DNA from: Antedon mediterranea | Taxonomy: Eukaryota; Animalia; Echinodermata | Assembly: GCF_964355755.1 (NCBI RefSeq) | Contig: NC_092670.1 | Coordinates: 22,120,795 to 22,184,794 of the forward strand | Length of the DNA stretch: 64,000 bases | Direction: 5' to 3' | Part shown: one piece after another, positions 37,401 to 49,777 of the stretch | Layout of the letters: the number at the start of each line of letters is the position of its first letter | Position numbering within the stretch: position 1 is the first letter of the stretch | Made by a program: the position numbers and the translations under genes | The notes under the pieces: generated by a model | Databases searched by the model: none | What the model was told of the DNA's origin: nothing | Seen by the model: the letters and a program-made list of their open reading frames with translations, nothing else

Positions 37401-40184
37401 AGCATTGAATGAATTTTCAATGTTGGATCTCTATGTTAACAAGCATTGTACTTCATTTGTTTCTTAATACTATCCTTATATGTTTCGTTGTGTTTAGGAC
37501 ATGTAAAGTGCCTGCATCTGTAAAGCCTAATGAATGGCCCGATGACATCACAAAGTGGCCTGTGAGTAAATCCGTATTTTACATTTTAATGTTCAACCTG
37601 TCCCTGCTGCTATAACTACATTTGATTGATTGTTTATACAATAATACATTGTGTGCCTTCTCTTATACTCCTTTCACACCAAAAGCATTGACGCCCCGGT
37701 GTTTTGGTGTGAAAGGTAAAATCAAGCAACTCCGGAGTTCATAAAGTGGGGTTAAACAGCTGAACGTTATCCGGAGGGCAAACTGAATGTTTTGAATGGT
37801 CATGAATTCTGGGGTGTCTCCGGAGATCACTCCATGGTTTTGGTGTGAAAGAGGTATTATACTAGAAGTAAATGTTGGTTTTGGTGTGAAAGGGGTATTA
37901 TACTAGAAGTAAATGTTGGTTTTGGTGTGAAAGAGGTATTATACTAGAAGTAAATGTTGGTTTTGGTGTGAAAGAGGTATTATACTAGAAGTAAATGTTG
38001 GTTTTGGTGTGAAAGAGGTATTATACTAGAAGTAAATGTTGGTTTTGGTGTGAAAGAGGTATTATACTAGAAGTAAATGTATACAATAGCTAACCCCTAT
38101 TGAGATGATAACTCCAGTATTCAACAAAGTGTCCTCTTGATAGGCGTTCACCACTTGTGTAAAACATATAGTATTGCACTTATTGATGTTCCTTTTACTG
38201 GAAATTCCCTTTCATGGGGTGTTTCCATTACTATCCGTGTCCCAAATGAGAGGTTATACTGCAGTTATAACTGTTTCATGATTAGTACCTCAGGTGTTAA
38301 AACATAAACAGTTTTCCCCTCTGTTCACTTCACTGGAAAATGCCCTTTCATGGGGTGTTTTCTTAATAAGGGTGTTCCAAATTAGAGGTTATACTTTAGT
38401 TATAACTGTTTTGTGAGTACTGAACCTCAGGTGCTTGGCTCTGAATTTGTTGGTTTCTTGGTTTTCTAGATTTGTAAAGAGTCGTTTGAAGACAGTGAAT
38501 ACCCACATACAACTTGTGACTTGACAGGTAGGCCATGTTGTATAGGCATCGATGGAACCTGTAAAATAGTTAGTCAAGAATATTGTGATTTTGTCAAAGG
38601 ATACTTCCATCCAGAGGCCACATTATGTTCACAGGTAAACTTTATATTTCATTTTTGAAAATCTGTAAAATTAAGTAAGAAATTGTAGTTTAGTTTTCTT
38701 TCGTTCTGGTTTAATAGTAGTATGCCTCTGTCTACACTATCAAACTATTTTGACCAAAAAAGTGTGATGTGCCCAAATATGGTGGTGATATGACATCATC
38801 ATGTCCATATATGGGGACATCCCATTTTTTGTCACATAAAGTTTGATAGTGTAGACAAGGTTTTAGTTAAAGATACTTTTTCTCTTTGCCTTTATAATTT
38901 ATTTCTATAGAAACGCTTAAGTAGTGATGCTTTGCTTTTGCCATGGTAACAATCCTGGTACTATTGAATTGTTATATATTTTGTAGGTGGATTGTTTGGA
39001 TGATGTTTGTGGTTTAATACCGTTCGGCAATAAGGAAAAACCTGATCAAATATATCGTCTATGGTTATCAATATTTCTCCATGCCGGGTAAGTAGTTTCA
39101 GTACTGTAATGATATATTAATAATAATATATTATTAATATACACTAGGCAGTTGTCCGTGCCTAGTAAATGCTCTAGTAGTTTATAGTACTGTAACTCTA
39201 TCTCTACTCATCTCTACTCATCGAACCTTTTCTTTCATATATATTTTTTTTATTTTCAGTATTTTTCATTGTATTTTGAGTATTATAATGCAGATGACAA
39301 TATTAAGAGATCTTGAGAAGTTAGCTGGATGTCTTCGTATTGCCACTATTTACCTCATTAGCGGTATTGGTGGTAATTTAATGAGTGCCATCTTTATACC
39401 ATACAGAGCAGAGGTTCGTACATTTTTCATTTAGATATTAAACTGCTATTTATTAGATGAGAATTGAATCATGGAGCTATAAAATTAGTTTTATAGCTCC
39501 ATGATTAAACTATAAACCACGAATGATTCTTTGAAACAAATCCTGGTAGTAGAACACTGTAGTTTACTATGTTTGAGTGGCTTGCTATGCTTGAGTGGTT
39601 TGTTATGTTTGAGTAATTTGCTATGCTTGAGTGGTTTACATTGCTTGAGTGATTTTCTATGAGTGGTTAAGCTAAGGCCTAATACAGTTATAAAGTTTTC
39701 ATCAATAAAGTATAATTGGTGTTTTTCTTTTTTGTTATGGTAGGTGGGTCCTGCAGGTGCACAGTTTGGTTTACTGGCGTGTCTGGTGGTCGAAGTTCTT
39801 CAGAATTACCAAATACTGCGCAATCCAGGTTCAGCACTTGGCAAACTTTTAATAATAATCTCAGCACTGTTTGTGTTAGGTCTGCTCCCGTGGATTGACA
39901 ATTACGCGCATTTAGGTGGTTTCATCTGTGGAACATTGTTGTCTTTCATTTTTTTACCATACGTTTACTTCGGGGAGTTTGATAGAAATCGTAAACGGCT
40001 ACAAATAGTGATATCAACCGTACTTTTGCTGTTGTATTTTATGGCTATGTTTATAATCTACTACCTCAAACCACTGCGTAACTGCAATTGGTGTTCGTAC
40101 TTCAATTGTGTACCACTAACTGAGGACTTTTGTAGTAATATGGACGTACGATTAGAAAATGATGAATTGCACCCTACAAGATAA
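12358..40184 (+). CDS. RHBDF1: Inactive rhomboid protein (iRhom, RHBDF1/2 ortholog), multi-exon
   Basis: Phase-consistent exons: 12358-12470, (25937-25993), 27901-28103, 31972-32168, 32448-32597, 33835-34012, 34640-34820, 35050-35340, 35823-35934, 36400-36474, 36667-36828, 37020-37108, 37498-37561, 38470-38634, 38987-39087, 39260-39413, 39744-40184. Motifs: [55 protein letters not shown], Cys-rich [16 protein letters not shown], and GPAG replacing catalytic GxSG. The first coding exon is the least certain. Confidence 0.93.
12686..14700. repeat. 20-bp minisatellite, about 100 copies
   Basis: Unit CATTACATAT(C/T)ATTCACCAC; intronic; produces the spurious His-rich ORFs. Confidence 0.97.
15400..15988. 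mobile_element. Kolobok-like non-autonomous element
   Basis: TTAA|AGGCCAGGTGCCGGCA ... TGCCTGTACCTGAGCT|TTAA: imperfect TIRs with a TTAA TSD. Confidence 0.5.
16177..16505. repeat. 47-bp minisatellite, 7 copies
   Basis: Unit TGTTATGGGTAACACTACGGCCAACCTTTTAAAGGGACACAGAGGTG, near-identical, no variable spacers. Confidence 0.95.
17631..17897. mobile_element. Degenerate copy of the Kolobok-like MITE at 50729-51047
   Basis: TTAA|AGATATATTGTCTCCCTGAAAAAA; internal segments align with the 50729-51047 copy. Confidence 0.65.
18801..19506 (-). mobile_element. HINE/DINE-like non-autonomous Helentron
   Basis: Subterminal inverted motifs TACCTCCGCC (about 18826) and GGTGGAGGTA (about 19496); hairpin TACCTCCTTGGTGGAGGTA; (GACA/AACA)n microsatellite at 19401-19468. 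Confidence 0.7.
20497..20658. mobile_element. MITE family AGCTCTGTCTACACTATCAAAC (Harbinger-like)
   Basis: TIRs CTCTGTCTACA..TATCAAAC / GTTTGATAGTGTAGACAGAG; other copies at about 38725, 46872, 54200 and 62180. Confidence 0.8.
21648..23212. repeat. 82-bp tandem repeat, about 18 copies
   Basis: Unit TACTAACTAGTGAACTTAT(T/A)CCAATTCTGGAGTATACCATACCATTAAACCCATTTATTGTTTAAATATACTACTACACTAG. Confidence 0.95.
23945..24018 (+). CDS. Candidate alternative first coding exon of iRhom ([24 protein letters not shown])
   Basis: ATG-initiated open frame ending at a GTAAGT donor in phase 2, compatible with the acceptors at 25937 and 27901. Confidence 0.4.
24860..24935 (-). mobile_element. tRNA-derived SINE head fragment
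   Basis: Reverse strand reads GTGGTCTAG... (A box) and GGTTCGAGTCCC (B box); no intact cloverleaf. Confidence 0.5.
25937..25993 (+). CDS. Candidate 57-nt symmetric (phase 2-2) exon of iRhom
   Basis: Tandem CTAAC branch points, TAG acceptor, open frame [21 protein letters not shown]|GTAAGG donor. Confidence 0.55.
29377..29453. mobile_element. Tiny Tc1/mariner-pogo-like MITE remnant
   Basis: TIRs CAGTAGAACC...GGTTCTACTG around an AAGGGGACAC core. Confidence 0.5.
34203..34382. mobile_element. MITE remnant
   Basis: Inverted GACGAGCGTTAACAGTAA / TTACTGTTACCGCTCGTC. Confidence 0.5.
37665..38080. repeat. MITE whose right end plus flank is amplified as a 41-bp tandem repeat (about 6 copies)
   Basis: Left TIR CTTTCACACCAAAA (about 37671); unit TGGTTTTGGTGTGAAAGAGGTATTATACTAGAAGTAAATGT; related MITE at 41499-41634. 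Confidence 0.8.
38725..38862. mobile_element. MITE, CTCTGTCTACACTATCAAAC family
   Basis: TIRs and core match the 20497 copy. Confidence 0.8.
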
Positions 40185-42688
40185 TATTACTAGATTTTAT
40201 TCAGAGAACTATAACAAATTTATTCAATAATATAAGTATACAAGATTGAACGAAGGATTGAGCTGAAATTACAGGTGGTCAAATACGTTTATGCAAATAT
40301 TCAGGTTCTAAACATAAAGCTGTTATCAAAGACAAGTATATTTTATAGACAAAATGACATTAACACCAGCATCCATGTGATGTTCGAGTGGTGTACTATG
40401 CTTGGGTGGTTACTCCGCTTGAGTGGTTACTCCGCTTGAGTGGTTACTCCGCTTGAGTGGTTACTATGCTTGAGTGATTATGTTATAGGTACACTGTACT
40501 TATTCATTGAATGTTCTTATGTTTTCAAAAGTTTGATTGTTTATATTATGTGTAGATGATACGTATAGACTAATATATAATATATAGGTATATCCATATA
40601 AAAAAGATACCATCATTTTTTTTTTCTGATTAATGAACAGTTGGTTTTTATACCAAAAAAAACCCATCTTGATACGGTTTGATTTCATTTACAATCTGTA
40701 TTTGAATATTATATTTTAAAATATATCCGAAAGAACAAAACCAAGAACCTTTGAAAAAAATCATCTGTACTTATTAGATTTTTTTTTCTTTTTCTACAAT
40801 TTTGAATTTTTAGTTGACAGCTGTGATTATGAAGCAATAATTTTGATATATTTTAAATTTTTTTGTTTTATACTTTTGTTTATGTTGCAATGTGATTATT
40901 TTTTGCAGTATTCTATTGGTGTGTGCCTATTTATTAGATACTGCAGTAAACTAAAAATACCGGTTGAATTCTGATACAGAACAGTACAGTAAAATTCTCT
41001 ACCACAGTATCATCTTAATAGTGCTAATACTTAATAGTGTTACTGCAGTAAAGTACAACTACTGCAGTATATTGCTGGTGCTATGATACAGTATGCTAGT
41101 TTCCTGTTCAAATATTATCTTATTATGATTACTGCAGTATTAATATAGGTTCACAGTACAAAATAGAATTTACTGCAGAAGAGTCACTAACAATGTCCAT
41201 TAATACAGTTTCAGTTGATTATGCAATGATTTTGTCAAATATTTAAATCACGATTTTATTATGTGCAATATACCTTTAGTAATTACTTTTTAATTTAATA
41301 TTTTAATTTATAACCTGATGCAAATGATTAAATCTGAAGTGGAATATCTTTTGTGAACAAAATAAAACATTAGGCAAGTTTCCAATTGAATGACATGGTG
41401 TGTAATTCTGAAATCATTACTAAATCATGTTTTTGTGATGTTGTATTTTGGAAATTTATAATAATATGATGTTTGAATAATTTGTAAAATTGTTTATAAT
41501 ACCTCTTTCACACAGCAAAACTGTGGAGTTTGCACACACTACGGCGCACATCACACAAAACGCTGGTGTTGACGCCGTATTGTATGTACAGTATGTAAAC
41601 TACACAGTTTTGAGAGATAGTGTGAAAGAGGTGTTAGACAACGTGAAGCTTTTAAACCTTAAATTTACCAATGTTGTATCATTCAATCTCTAATTTCACA
41701 ACTTAAATTTATCTTGAGAATGCTTTCATTTTCACTTCAGTTAAAGAAAAAAAAGTTATTTATACCAAGTGTTCCCATATTTATTTTAGCTGTAGTTGTG
41801 TAAATTTAAATGTATTTGTACATTAATGTTAATAACATTTTCATGATGTATTCTCAGTTTTGTTTTTATTATTATATTATTTAGTTTATTTTTTTAAGTT
41901 GTTAATTTTACAAATGATTACTTGCAATTTATTTTAGGTGCTGCATAGTTTGTAAAATGTGTTTCTTTTTGAAAGTTTCTGAACAGGATATGGTTTCCTT
42001 AAAACTAGACACAATTAATAATTGAATATTAAACCCAGAAGATTGTGACAAATAATATATGTTCTTCCATTAAATAACAAGTTTGATTAAACTTTTGATT
42101 CATAGAGACCTCCTCAATGTAACCCCCTAGATGTAACAACAATTCGATTGTTATGCTATACTAGTTTTTATAGTGATTAGTGCCCCTGTTAAGGGGACAC
42201 CTTCAGTTTCCAACAAAGAGCTGCTTAATAGGGATGTGATCCCCTCAATAGGGTTTGCTTGTAGTGTTAAAACATAATATATTGCTCCTTGTAACTTCTG
42301 TAGAAATGAGAATTTAATTTCTGCAAGAGTTAAGTCTGTGCATGACACCATTTAAATTGTAACCTGCCTTATCTTGGACTTGTTAGCAATCATCCACTGA
42401 CACCATTTACATTGTAACCTGCCTTATCTTGGACTTGTTAGCAATCATCCACTGTTGCATTCTTTTTAATGATTCTAGATTTTGTATTGGTTGTATATTT
42501 TGTTTCTCTTTAATTAGAAAAAAAACCAAAAGAGAAAGTCTACCTGTAAATGTCAAAGGTCGATTTTCCAGATATAGACAAAATGAATGCATGTTCAGGG
42601 ACCACTATATGGATTGAAATTGAGAGTAAAATTCTCAAGAATCAAGAATGATGTTTTGTGTGCGTATTTGTGTCTTAATAGGTTAAGG

Positions 42689-43085
42689 TCTTCCAGGACG
42701 CATATTTTTTTTTTCCAGGACGAACGTGGGCAGAAATCATGAATAATTCATTACCTTAATTATTTTCTATATAAAGAATTGCAAGATAGCTGATCTACTT
42801 CCTAAATATACTAAACCTAACCCTCTAAATAATCTCTCTCAACTATTAAAAAAAAACATGTTCATGAAAGACCTTGAACCGAGGGCTCCAGCGTAATAGG
42901 TTAAAGCCTTTACCACTAGACCAAACATTTCGGTTGGCAAACGCTGTTTACACTAATTATTTAATCTCTCTGCATACTTATATAGCGCCCTCTATAATGT
43001 TCCCTATTATGTCATAATTATTCATGAATTATTCATGATTTCTGCCCACATTCGTCCTGGAAAAAAAAATTACGCTTCCAGGACA
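42689..43085. mobile_element. MITE with about 60-bp TIRs and an internal tRNA-like (SINE-head) segment
   Basis: TTCCAGGACGAACGTGGGCAGAAATCATGAATAATTCAT / ATGAATTATTCATGATTTCTGCCCACATTCGTCCTGGAA; minus-strand A/B-box-like sequence at about 42870-42925. Confidence 0.75.
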
Positions 43086-43520
43086 GAGTCACCAAACCAA
43101 ACGCCCCCTATCATATCAACCTGCTAATGCTGAAAAGTTAAATATCTGCAAACCATTCTTTCATCGTGACTTAAAACCACTTTTTCATTCATTTATGACC
43201 CGTATTAGCTCCAATACTACCAATATCAACAACTTTAATTTATAAATCTATTGTTTGTATTTGTCAGGGCAACAGAAACATCAAAACATAGTATTATTAA
43301 TAATTTACCATATAACAAATTTATTTCTATTTCATAATTTTCATTAATAATAAATACTAGGTTGGAATGTTCTTGTACCAAGAAGTATACAGGATTCATA
43401 GCAACTGCATTTATGTTTTTGTCATCTTTTTCTCCTCATAGTATAGTCTATGGCAATAGTTTTTCACCTCATAGTACTATATATGGCAACCGTTTTCAGT
43501 TCTCAAAAGTTTTTTTTTTA

Positions 43521-46500
43521 CTACCATTTGATAACTAGAGCATTTGTCATCTTTTCCACCTCATGGTACTGTGTATGTAACATTGATTTAGACTTTATCG
43601 AATCCTTTCCACCAAGCCAATCAGCATAAAGCTTTTTTACATCTTCACTATCTTCTGGTTTAACTGGCGCAATCTCTGAATAAATTTTCTCGACTCTTTC
43701 TAGTAAATCTTTAGCGGGTTCATCATCTAATGGACGAATCTGGCCTCCTCCATTTAAACAACCTGCAAAGTAAATGTTATTCTTAGAGTAATTCTATTGC
43801 AGAAATTTGTAACGCATCAGCTGGTAATTGTCTCACTTGGCTTGTTTTTTGTATATATTTTATATCAACCAACCTGATGGACAAGCCATAACTTCAACAC
43901 AATGGTACAGGCTTTTTCCTCGTTTAAGTTTCTGCACCAAATTCTGAATATTCCTGAAGCCATATGCCAACGCAAATCTCAACACCACTTCGCCTTCATG
44001 CTCCAATATTACCTCTTTAAAATCTTTATTTCTAACCAAAAAAAAACAAATAAACTTTTAGTCTATTATACTCGTGTTAAATTGGTTTTTCTACCATCTG
44101 TCATGCTTTATGAATTACGAGTACTGTATATGAGAATACACTACTGTTTCAGCTTTTACATGTACAGTACTACCCTGGTGGGAGCAGTTAAAAATTGTTC
44201 CCACAAAAGTGTAACACACTACGTTGTTGCCTACCTTACCTTAGAGTTTTGTATTGCATATCATGTACTTTGGCACCAAATAATTCTTGAGATGCATAAT
44301 GGAAGATGTGGTGAACATACCCACCAGAACCCCCTCCTTCATGGTTTATGATGGCTGCATCATGGTCACATCTAAACAAATTAAAATGTATAGAATATTC
44401 TCTCCTTTCCAGTGAATATAGAATATCATAAAGCATGCACTTGTCAATTGTATGACCCACTATACTACCCCCGGGAGAGGTGCGTCATGGATGCGTCATT
44501 TACAAATACTTACTGATGTGTCAATTGTATGACCCACTATACTACCCACGTGAGAGGTGCGTCATGGATGCGTCATTTACAAATACTTACTGATGTGTCA
44601 ATTGTATGACCCACTATACTACCCACGTGAGAGATGCGTCATTGATGCGTCATTTACAAATACTTACTGATGCAGGGGTGTGTCAAAAAACCTAGATAGT
44701 ACATCACATCAATGCACAATGGTTTGTCATTGTCCATCATCTTACCACTCATCATTATCATCGTCATAAAATTGTGCATTAATAGGACAGCCCATACAAT
44801 TGTATGTATAGAACGTGAAAACAAGGATTGTCTGCATATTCTTGGCCTACCTTCTCTAACTTATTAGTGACCTCATACAAAAGAATGTATTACACAAAGC
44901 CATTACATCTACCCCTGCTGTTTTTAGGACAGGTTTGCAGGCAATCATTTTCATTGAGCTCAATAAATAAATGTATCCCTTTTACAAAATGATTATATTT
45001 TTTCACTTGCAGAGCCTCTATATTCAAGTAGACAAACAATAACTTACAATGAATCTAATTGTCTACTTTCAATATCCGCCAAAGACAGTCCTTCACTGTC
45101 AAGCATCATGTCAACTTCAGCTGAAAATACAGAGTTGCTCCTTTAATGAGTGTTTTATTAGCATAGGTTAAGATACCTTAACATCATCACTCTATCTGAA
45201 CGCCGCGAGAAGTTGTCAAGAAAATTCTTTGATAAAATGAAAAAAGAAGATCATATATTACACTCTCTCTTACCTAAACCTCCCACACACAACCATCAGC
45301 TCCGACGTGTTAGATCGTTCACCCTCCCCAAAGTCCGGACACAACGCACAAAAAACTTCATTACTTTCCACGGAGTTTTCAATGATTGGTGAATGATCAG
45401 TAACTGAGTTATGATAAGCAAATTGTGAACCCCTATTGGTTTGTGTTACTGGATGTACTATGATGGCCATTGAAAGACTGATTTGTGGACTATGATATAT
45501 TTTAGTATTACTTGTTTGGACTGTGTTATACTATGTGTTTACATATTTACTATTATATTTATGTCAACTTCATCACTGCTTACTTGATGCAATAAAGGAA
45601 ATAAATAAATAAATAAATAAATGCAGGTCATTTAATGTAAGTTTTCCATTTAGTTGTACTATCAATGCATAAGCATGTGAAAAAACAACAGGAATAACAT
45701 AGATATATGATGCTCATCTGAGTATTGTGGTAGTCTCATAATTAAATTGTTCATGGTTTCTTAATAGACATATTTACACGCCATACCATATTTTTACTAA
45801 CTATTTCCATAATAAAGGTACTACAGCAGAATTTCAATTTTACTAGAACAGTATAAGATAACTGGCCCCATAATAGATGTAATTTCTTTATTGCTTACCA
45901 GATGTTATAACACAATCAACATCTCTCGTCTTGTAGATGTCATTGTAAAAGTCCTCGCGTGAAGCCTCAAGCTTCTTATCAAAGCAGGGCATTACCGTCA
46001 CATGATACACCATGTCAGGGGTCAGGCCATGTATCCTGGCCAGGTAATCCTTCACTAAACTGCCCATTATTTGTTGAGGTGACTTTGTAGTACTGATGTA
46101 TGGTAAGACATAACTTCCGTGTGTTTTCTCAGCATAGCACACCCAACCTAAAAAAAATACATAGTCTGATTATTGTGTCGTCAATTTATTATCGACATCC
46201 TAGCAGATTATTAGCCTATAATAATCCCCGATGGTTCTATGAAACCATTAAGTTAATCATAAATGTCTGTACAATAAAGGAATTTCCCAACTCACTATTT
46301 AGCTTATTATAGCATGCCCCACCCATACTCCTCCCATACTCCACCCATACTCCTCATTGTATACTGTATGTAGTATCTGAGTCAACAGTGATGTAGCCAT
46401 GAGAAAGTAGTCCGGTTTTCGCAAGAAAAGGAAACAATCTTTGTTCAAACCACTGGGTCATCAAAGGCCTTTGTGAAAAAGTGGACAGGTTGAAACCTTA

Positions 46501-48620
46501 CCAACCGTACTGGTGGCTAAGGGACAATAATACACATTACTTTTGAATGTATGGACAGTTGAAGATGTATTTCATGCAGCAGATAATTTACAAGCTCATC
46601 TACACATAATACAATTGATACAAAATTACCTGGACAAGCTGAGGCTAGCATTGGCAATGATCCTTTTGTTGCTTTGTTGTTATAACGTCGTATGAACTCA
46701 TATTGACTTTCTAACAAGCTTAAATTTCTTGCAAATGTTGTATCGAAAACATAATCAACACCTTATATAGAAAAAATAAAACAAATTAATTATTACATCT
46801 TCCAGGACAGTCATGCAAACAACATAATTGTTCATTTTAATATGAAAATTGAGAAGCAATTGTAAACCTTTAGCACTGTCTACATCCACTATCAAATTAC
46901 TGTAATTTCACAAAAAATGTGATGTGCCAAAATATGGTAGTGATATGCCCAAATATGGTAGTGATATGACATCATCATGTCCATATATATGTGGGGATTA
47001 ATCTAATCATGTGATAATTAAATACTGCCCCCTATAGGTGTTACTGCCCCCTATAATTGTAACAGTCTTTTTCAAATGATTTGCTTTCTTTTGTATTCAT
47101 GAACCGGTCAAGGAAGCAGATAGTTTTGTCTCTTATTTAATTAAAGATCTGATTAAAAGGACCATACTGATCTCTATTGTTATGCTAAAAACAAATTAAA
47201 ACCAAATACACCACCGGACCGTGGTAAAAGTGAGAAAAGGCGTGTTTTTCCTTTTGTGTTGTCGTCCACATCCTTACATATATTTTTATATATATTTATT
47301 TTTTATATCTTTGTATTTTTATAGTTTATTTTGTATTTACTGTTTGTATTGTTTGAGGGTTTCTAATGATCACCTTTTATGCTGGATGGATCACCCTCAT
47401 AAAATATTGTTCAAAAAAAAAAAAAATATGGGCATATCACATTTTTGTCACATAAATTTTTATAGTGTAGACAGAGTGTTCTTTTCAGAGCCTGGGATAA
47501 TCTGTTGATTGTTAAAAGCACTATATAAATTTGACAACATTAAGATTATATTTTAGTAGAAAATTTAACTGAATTTTCAAGTAACCTAATTGCTTTAAAA
47601 ATCCTGTTAATTTCTCAGCAGCTTCTTGTGAATTTATTTTATACTTGGCTGCTAGGGACGCTCTTGATTGCGGTGAGATGGAGACCACTACCAACTTGCG
47701 TTGAGACTGCTCTTCCTGTTGGTAAAAAAGTACTTATTTAAAAACGCAACACATTGGGCTGAAATGGGTCTCACCCACTAAACAATTCACTGATTGGGAG
47801 GATCATATTACCCACCCATCATCAGCAATCCCTTGATATGTCATAAAATTACCACGAAACTTACAGTTGTGAGACCTTTATTTTCCCCAAGGATCCTATA
47901 TAATTCTTGTTGACTCTGTTGGGTAATGAGAACGCTCTCAGCTGATGTTATGCAACCACTGCAGGCTAGACAATCATTAAGTGTAATCTCAGCTTTCTCT
48001 AACTTTGTCTTAATACCATCCTTAAAATGAAAAAAAAATATTATTATTTAATACAAAATACATTTAACAGGATAGTAAATCTTATTATGTGAAAAAAAAA
48101 AGATTTTTAGAACAACAGACTAGAATTACAAGCACTGGACTATATAATATAATTTAATTGTGGGTCTAGAACTTGTTTTATTTACCGTTTCAACTTGATA
48201 ATGACTTCCATCTGCCTCTATTTTGATAGCCGCTGTCTTGCCGCTAATTCTGTTCACTTTAACCGGCTTTACACATTCCTAAATACAGTAACAATAATAA
48301 CAAAATAATGGTATTAGATTACAAAACTAGTCATACAAATAAGTTGACATATTAGTAATCAGGACGAACCGACCACATTTCAAGTATGTACTGCCGAAAG
48401 TGACTGCTTCCCCTCCGCCGTAGGCATACTTTCTTAAAACTTAAGCCTCTTTGTTTTTCTCTCACATAGTCCTTACGAAATCTCATCCTATTTGTTTAAA
48501 ACGATTCTTATATACGTATGTTGAAACATTTATTAATAAAACCTACTAAAATACCTGAGATGGTGTTATAAAATCGTCTAAATCTGTTAAACGTAGAGCA
48601 CCACTAAAATTAGACGCCAT
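43521..48620 (-). CDS. CIAO3: Cytosolic Fe-S assembly component 3 (NARFL/IOP1/Nar1, [FeFe]-hydrogenase-like), 10 exons
   Basis: Exons 48620-48555, 48278-48186, 48020-47865, 47715-47586, 46761-46630, 46147-45899, 45120-45048, 44371-44240, 44031-43874, 43762-43521. Motifs: [88 protein letters not shown], and a terminal Trp. Confidence 0.97.
44442..44672. repeat. 77-bp tandem repeat, 3 copies
   Basis: Unit begins TGTCAATTGTATGACCCACTATACTACC; lies in a CIAO3 intron. Confidence 0.9.
45170..45621 (+). mobile_element. 5'-truncated non-LTR retrotransposon (3' end of ORF2, UTR and tail)
   Basis: Translates ...[29 protein letters not shown]...[19 protein letters not shown]...*, typical of the CR1/L2/Rex-group ORF2 C-terminus; (TAAA)n tail. 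Confidence 0.8.
46872..47477. mobile_element. CTCTGTCTACAC-family MITE interrupted by a poly(A)-tailed insertion
   Basis: Left part 46872-46990 and right part about 47426-47477; the insert ends GGATGGATCACCCTCATAAAATATTGTTC(A)n. Confidence 0.65.
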
Positions 48621-48752
48621 GTTTCGTGTGTCGGACCTCTTTGTTTTGTTTTTATTATTGCCTTACGTCATTTTTAAAAGTTGTGATTGGTTGGTAGTTA
48701 AACCACGTGCTAATTAATAACAAGGGTAAAAAAACAAGTCATTTCCGCACCG
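48621..48752. promoter_or_regulatory. Candidate bidirectional promoter CIAO3 / CYBC1
   Basis: TTACGTCA (CRE-like, 48663), ATTGG (CCAAT box, 48686) and CACGTG (E-box, 48704); candidate CYBC1 5'UTR donor CCG|GTAGGC at 48753. Confidence 0.55.
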
Positions 48753-49011
48753 GTAGGCATAGGCTTGGCTTGCTTTAATTTTTTTCATGATATAATAAAT
48801 GTCATAAATTATATGAAATTTCTGCGCACAAATAATACAAATTAATTTATATTATAACTGAGTTACTGATGAGGGTATATAGGGTTTTGCTTTTGTGGTT
48901 TTTATAAAAAATAGACCAGCCCTTGGACCGCCTAGGCCTAGCCTACTAGGTAGGCATAATACTTGTTTGTACTCCTCTCTAGGGCCTAGACTAGGCCTAT
49001 CTATATATATA

Positions 49012-49043
<32 letters not shown>

Positions 49044-49195
49044 GGCCTTGCTTGGCTGTCGCGCTGGCTAGGCCTGTCATCTATTTAGCTAGGCACTAGG
49101 CTAGATAGTAAGGCTTGCCCGCCTAGCTAGGTATTGCCCGGGCTATATTAAAGTTACCTAGCCGCCAGCTAGGTTAGTACGAGCAGCTTGATTGA

Positions 49196-49676
49196 GGGGG
49201 TGAACAGACAATCGGGGTCATCATAGAGACGATCGGGCTTATTTTTTATGTGCCCGATCGTCTTATACGTTTGGCCCAATTGCCTTAAACGTTGGGACCG
49301 AACGTCCACAACGTTGGGCCCGATAGCCAAGTATATCGTTCGTAAATCCGTTTCATTATAGTTTATAATTGAGATCTCGACAAAACCAATAAATGAGTAT
49401 CGAAATGTACATAGTTTATTACATTTGTATCACAAACTCGTAGAAAGAACACCGTTAATTTATTTTATGGTGAACAATTATAAATCCATTTTTTTTCGTG
49501 TACCCGATCTTTTTTACTTTATTTTTATAATGGGCCGATCGTCTAATTATATTGGCCCGATTGTCTTAGCGGTTGAGCCGAAACGTCCACAAAGTTGGGC
49601 CTGAACGTCCGCAAGCGTTTGTACCCGATCGTCTTAAACAAAGCCTGATCGTCTGGCCCCGATCATCTGCCAATCC
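49196..49676. mobile_element. Non-autonomous DNA element with repeated GCCCGATCGTCT motifs
   Basis: Many direct and inverted CCCGATCGTC motifs; imperfect inverted ends; possible TTGA TSD. Confidence 0.5.
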
Positions 49677-49777
49677 TTGACCTATATATAAGCATCAATT
49701 TAAAAGCATTTTACAACAATTATTTGTTTATTTAATATTAATTTCTCTTTTTTTTAAATTTAGGTAACTCGTTCAAG

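Noticed and set aside
39744-40184. Active rhomboid protease
   Set aside because: GPAG replaces GxSG and the IRHD is present, so this is a standard iRhom pseudoprotease.
43521-48620. Horizontally acquired [FeFe]-hydrogenase
   Set aside because: It is an ordinary intron-containing eukaryotic Nar1/CIAO3.
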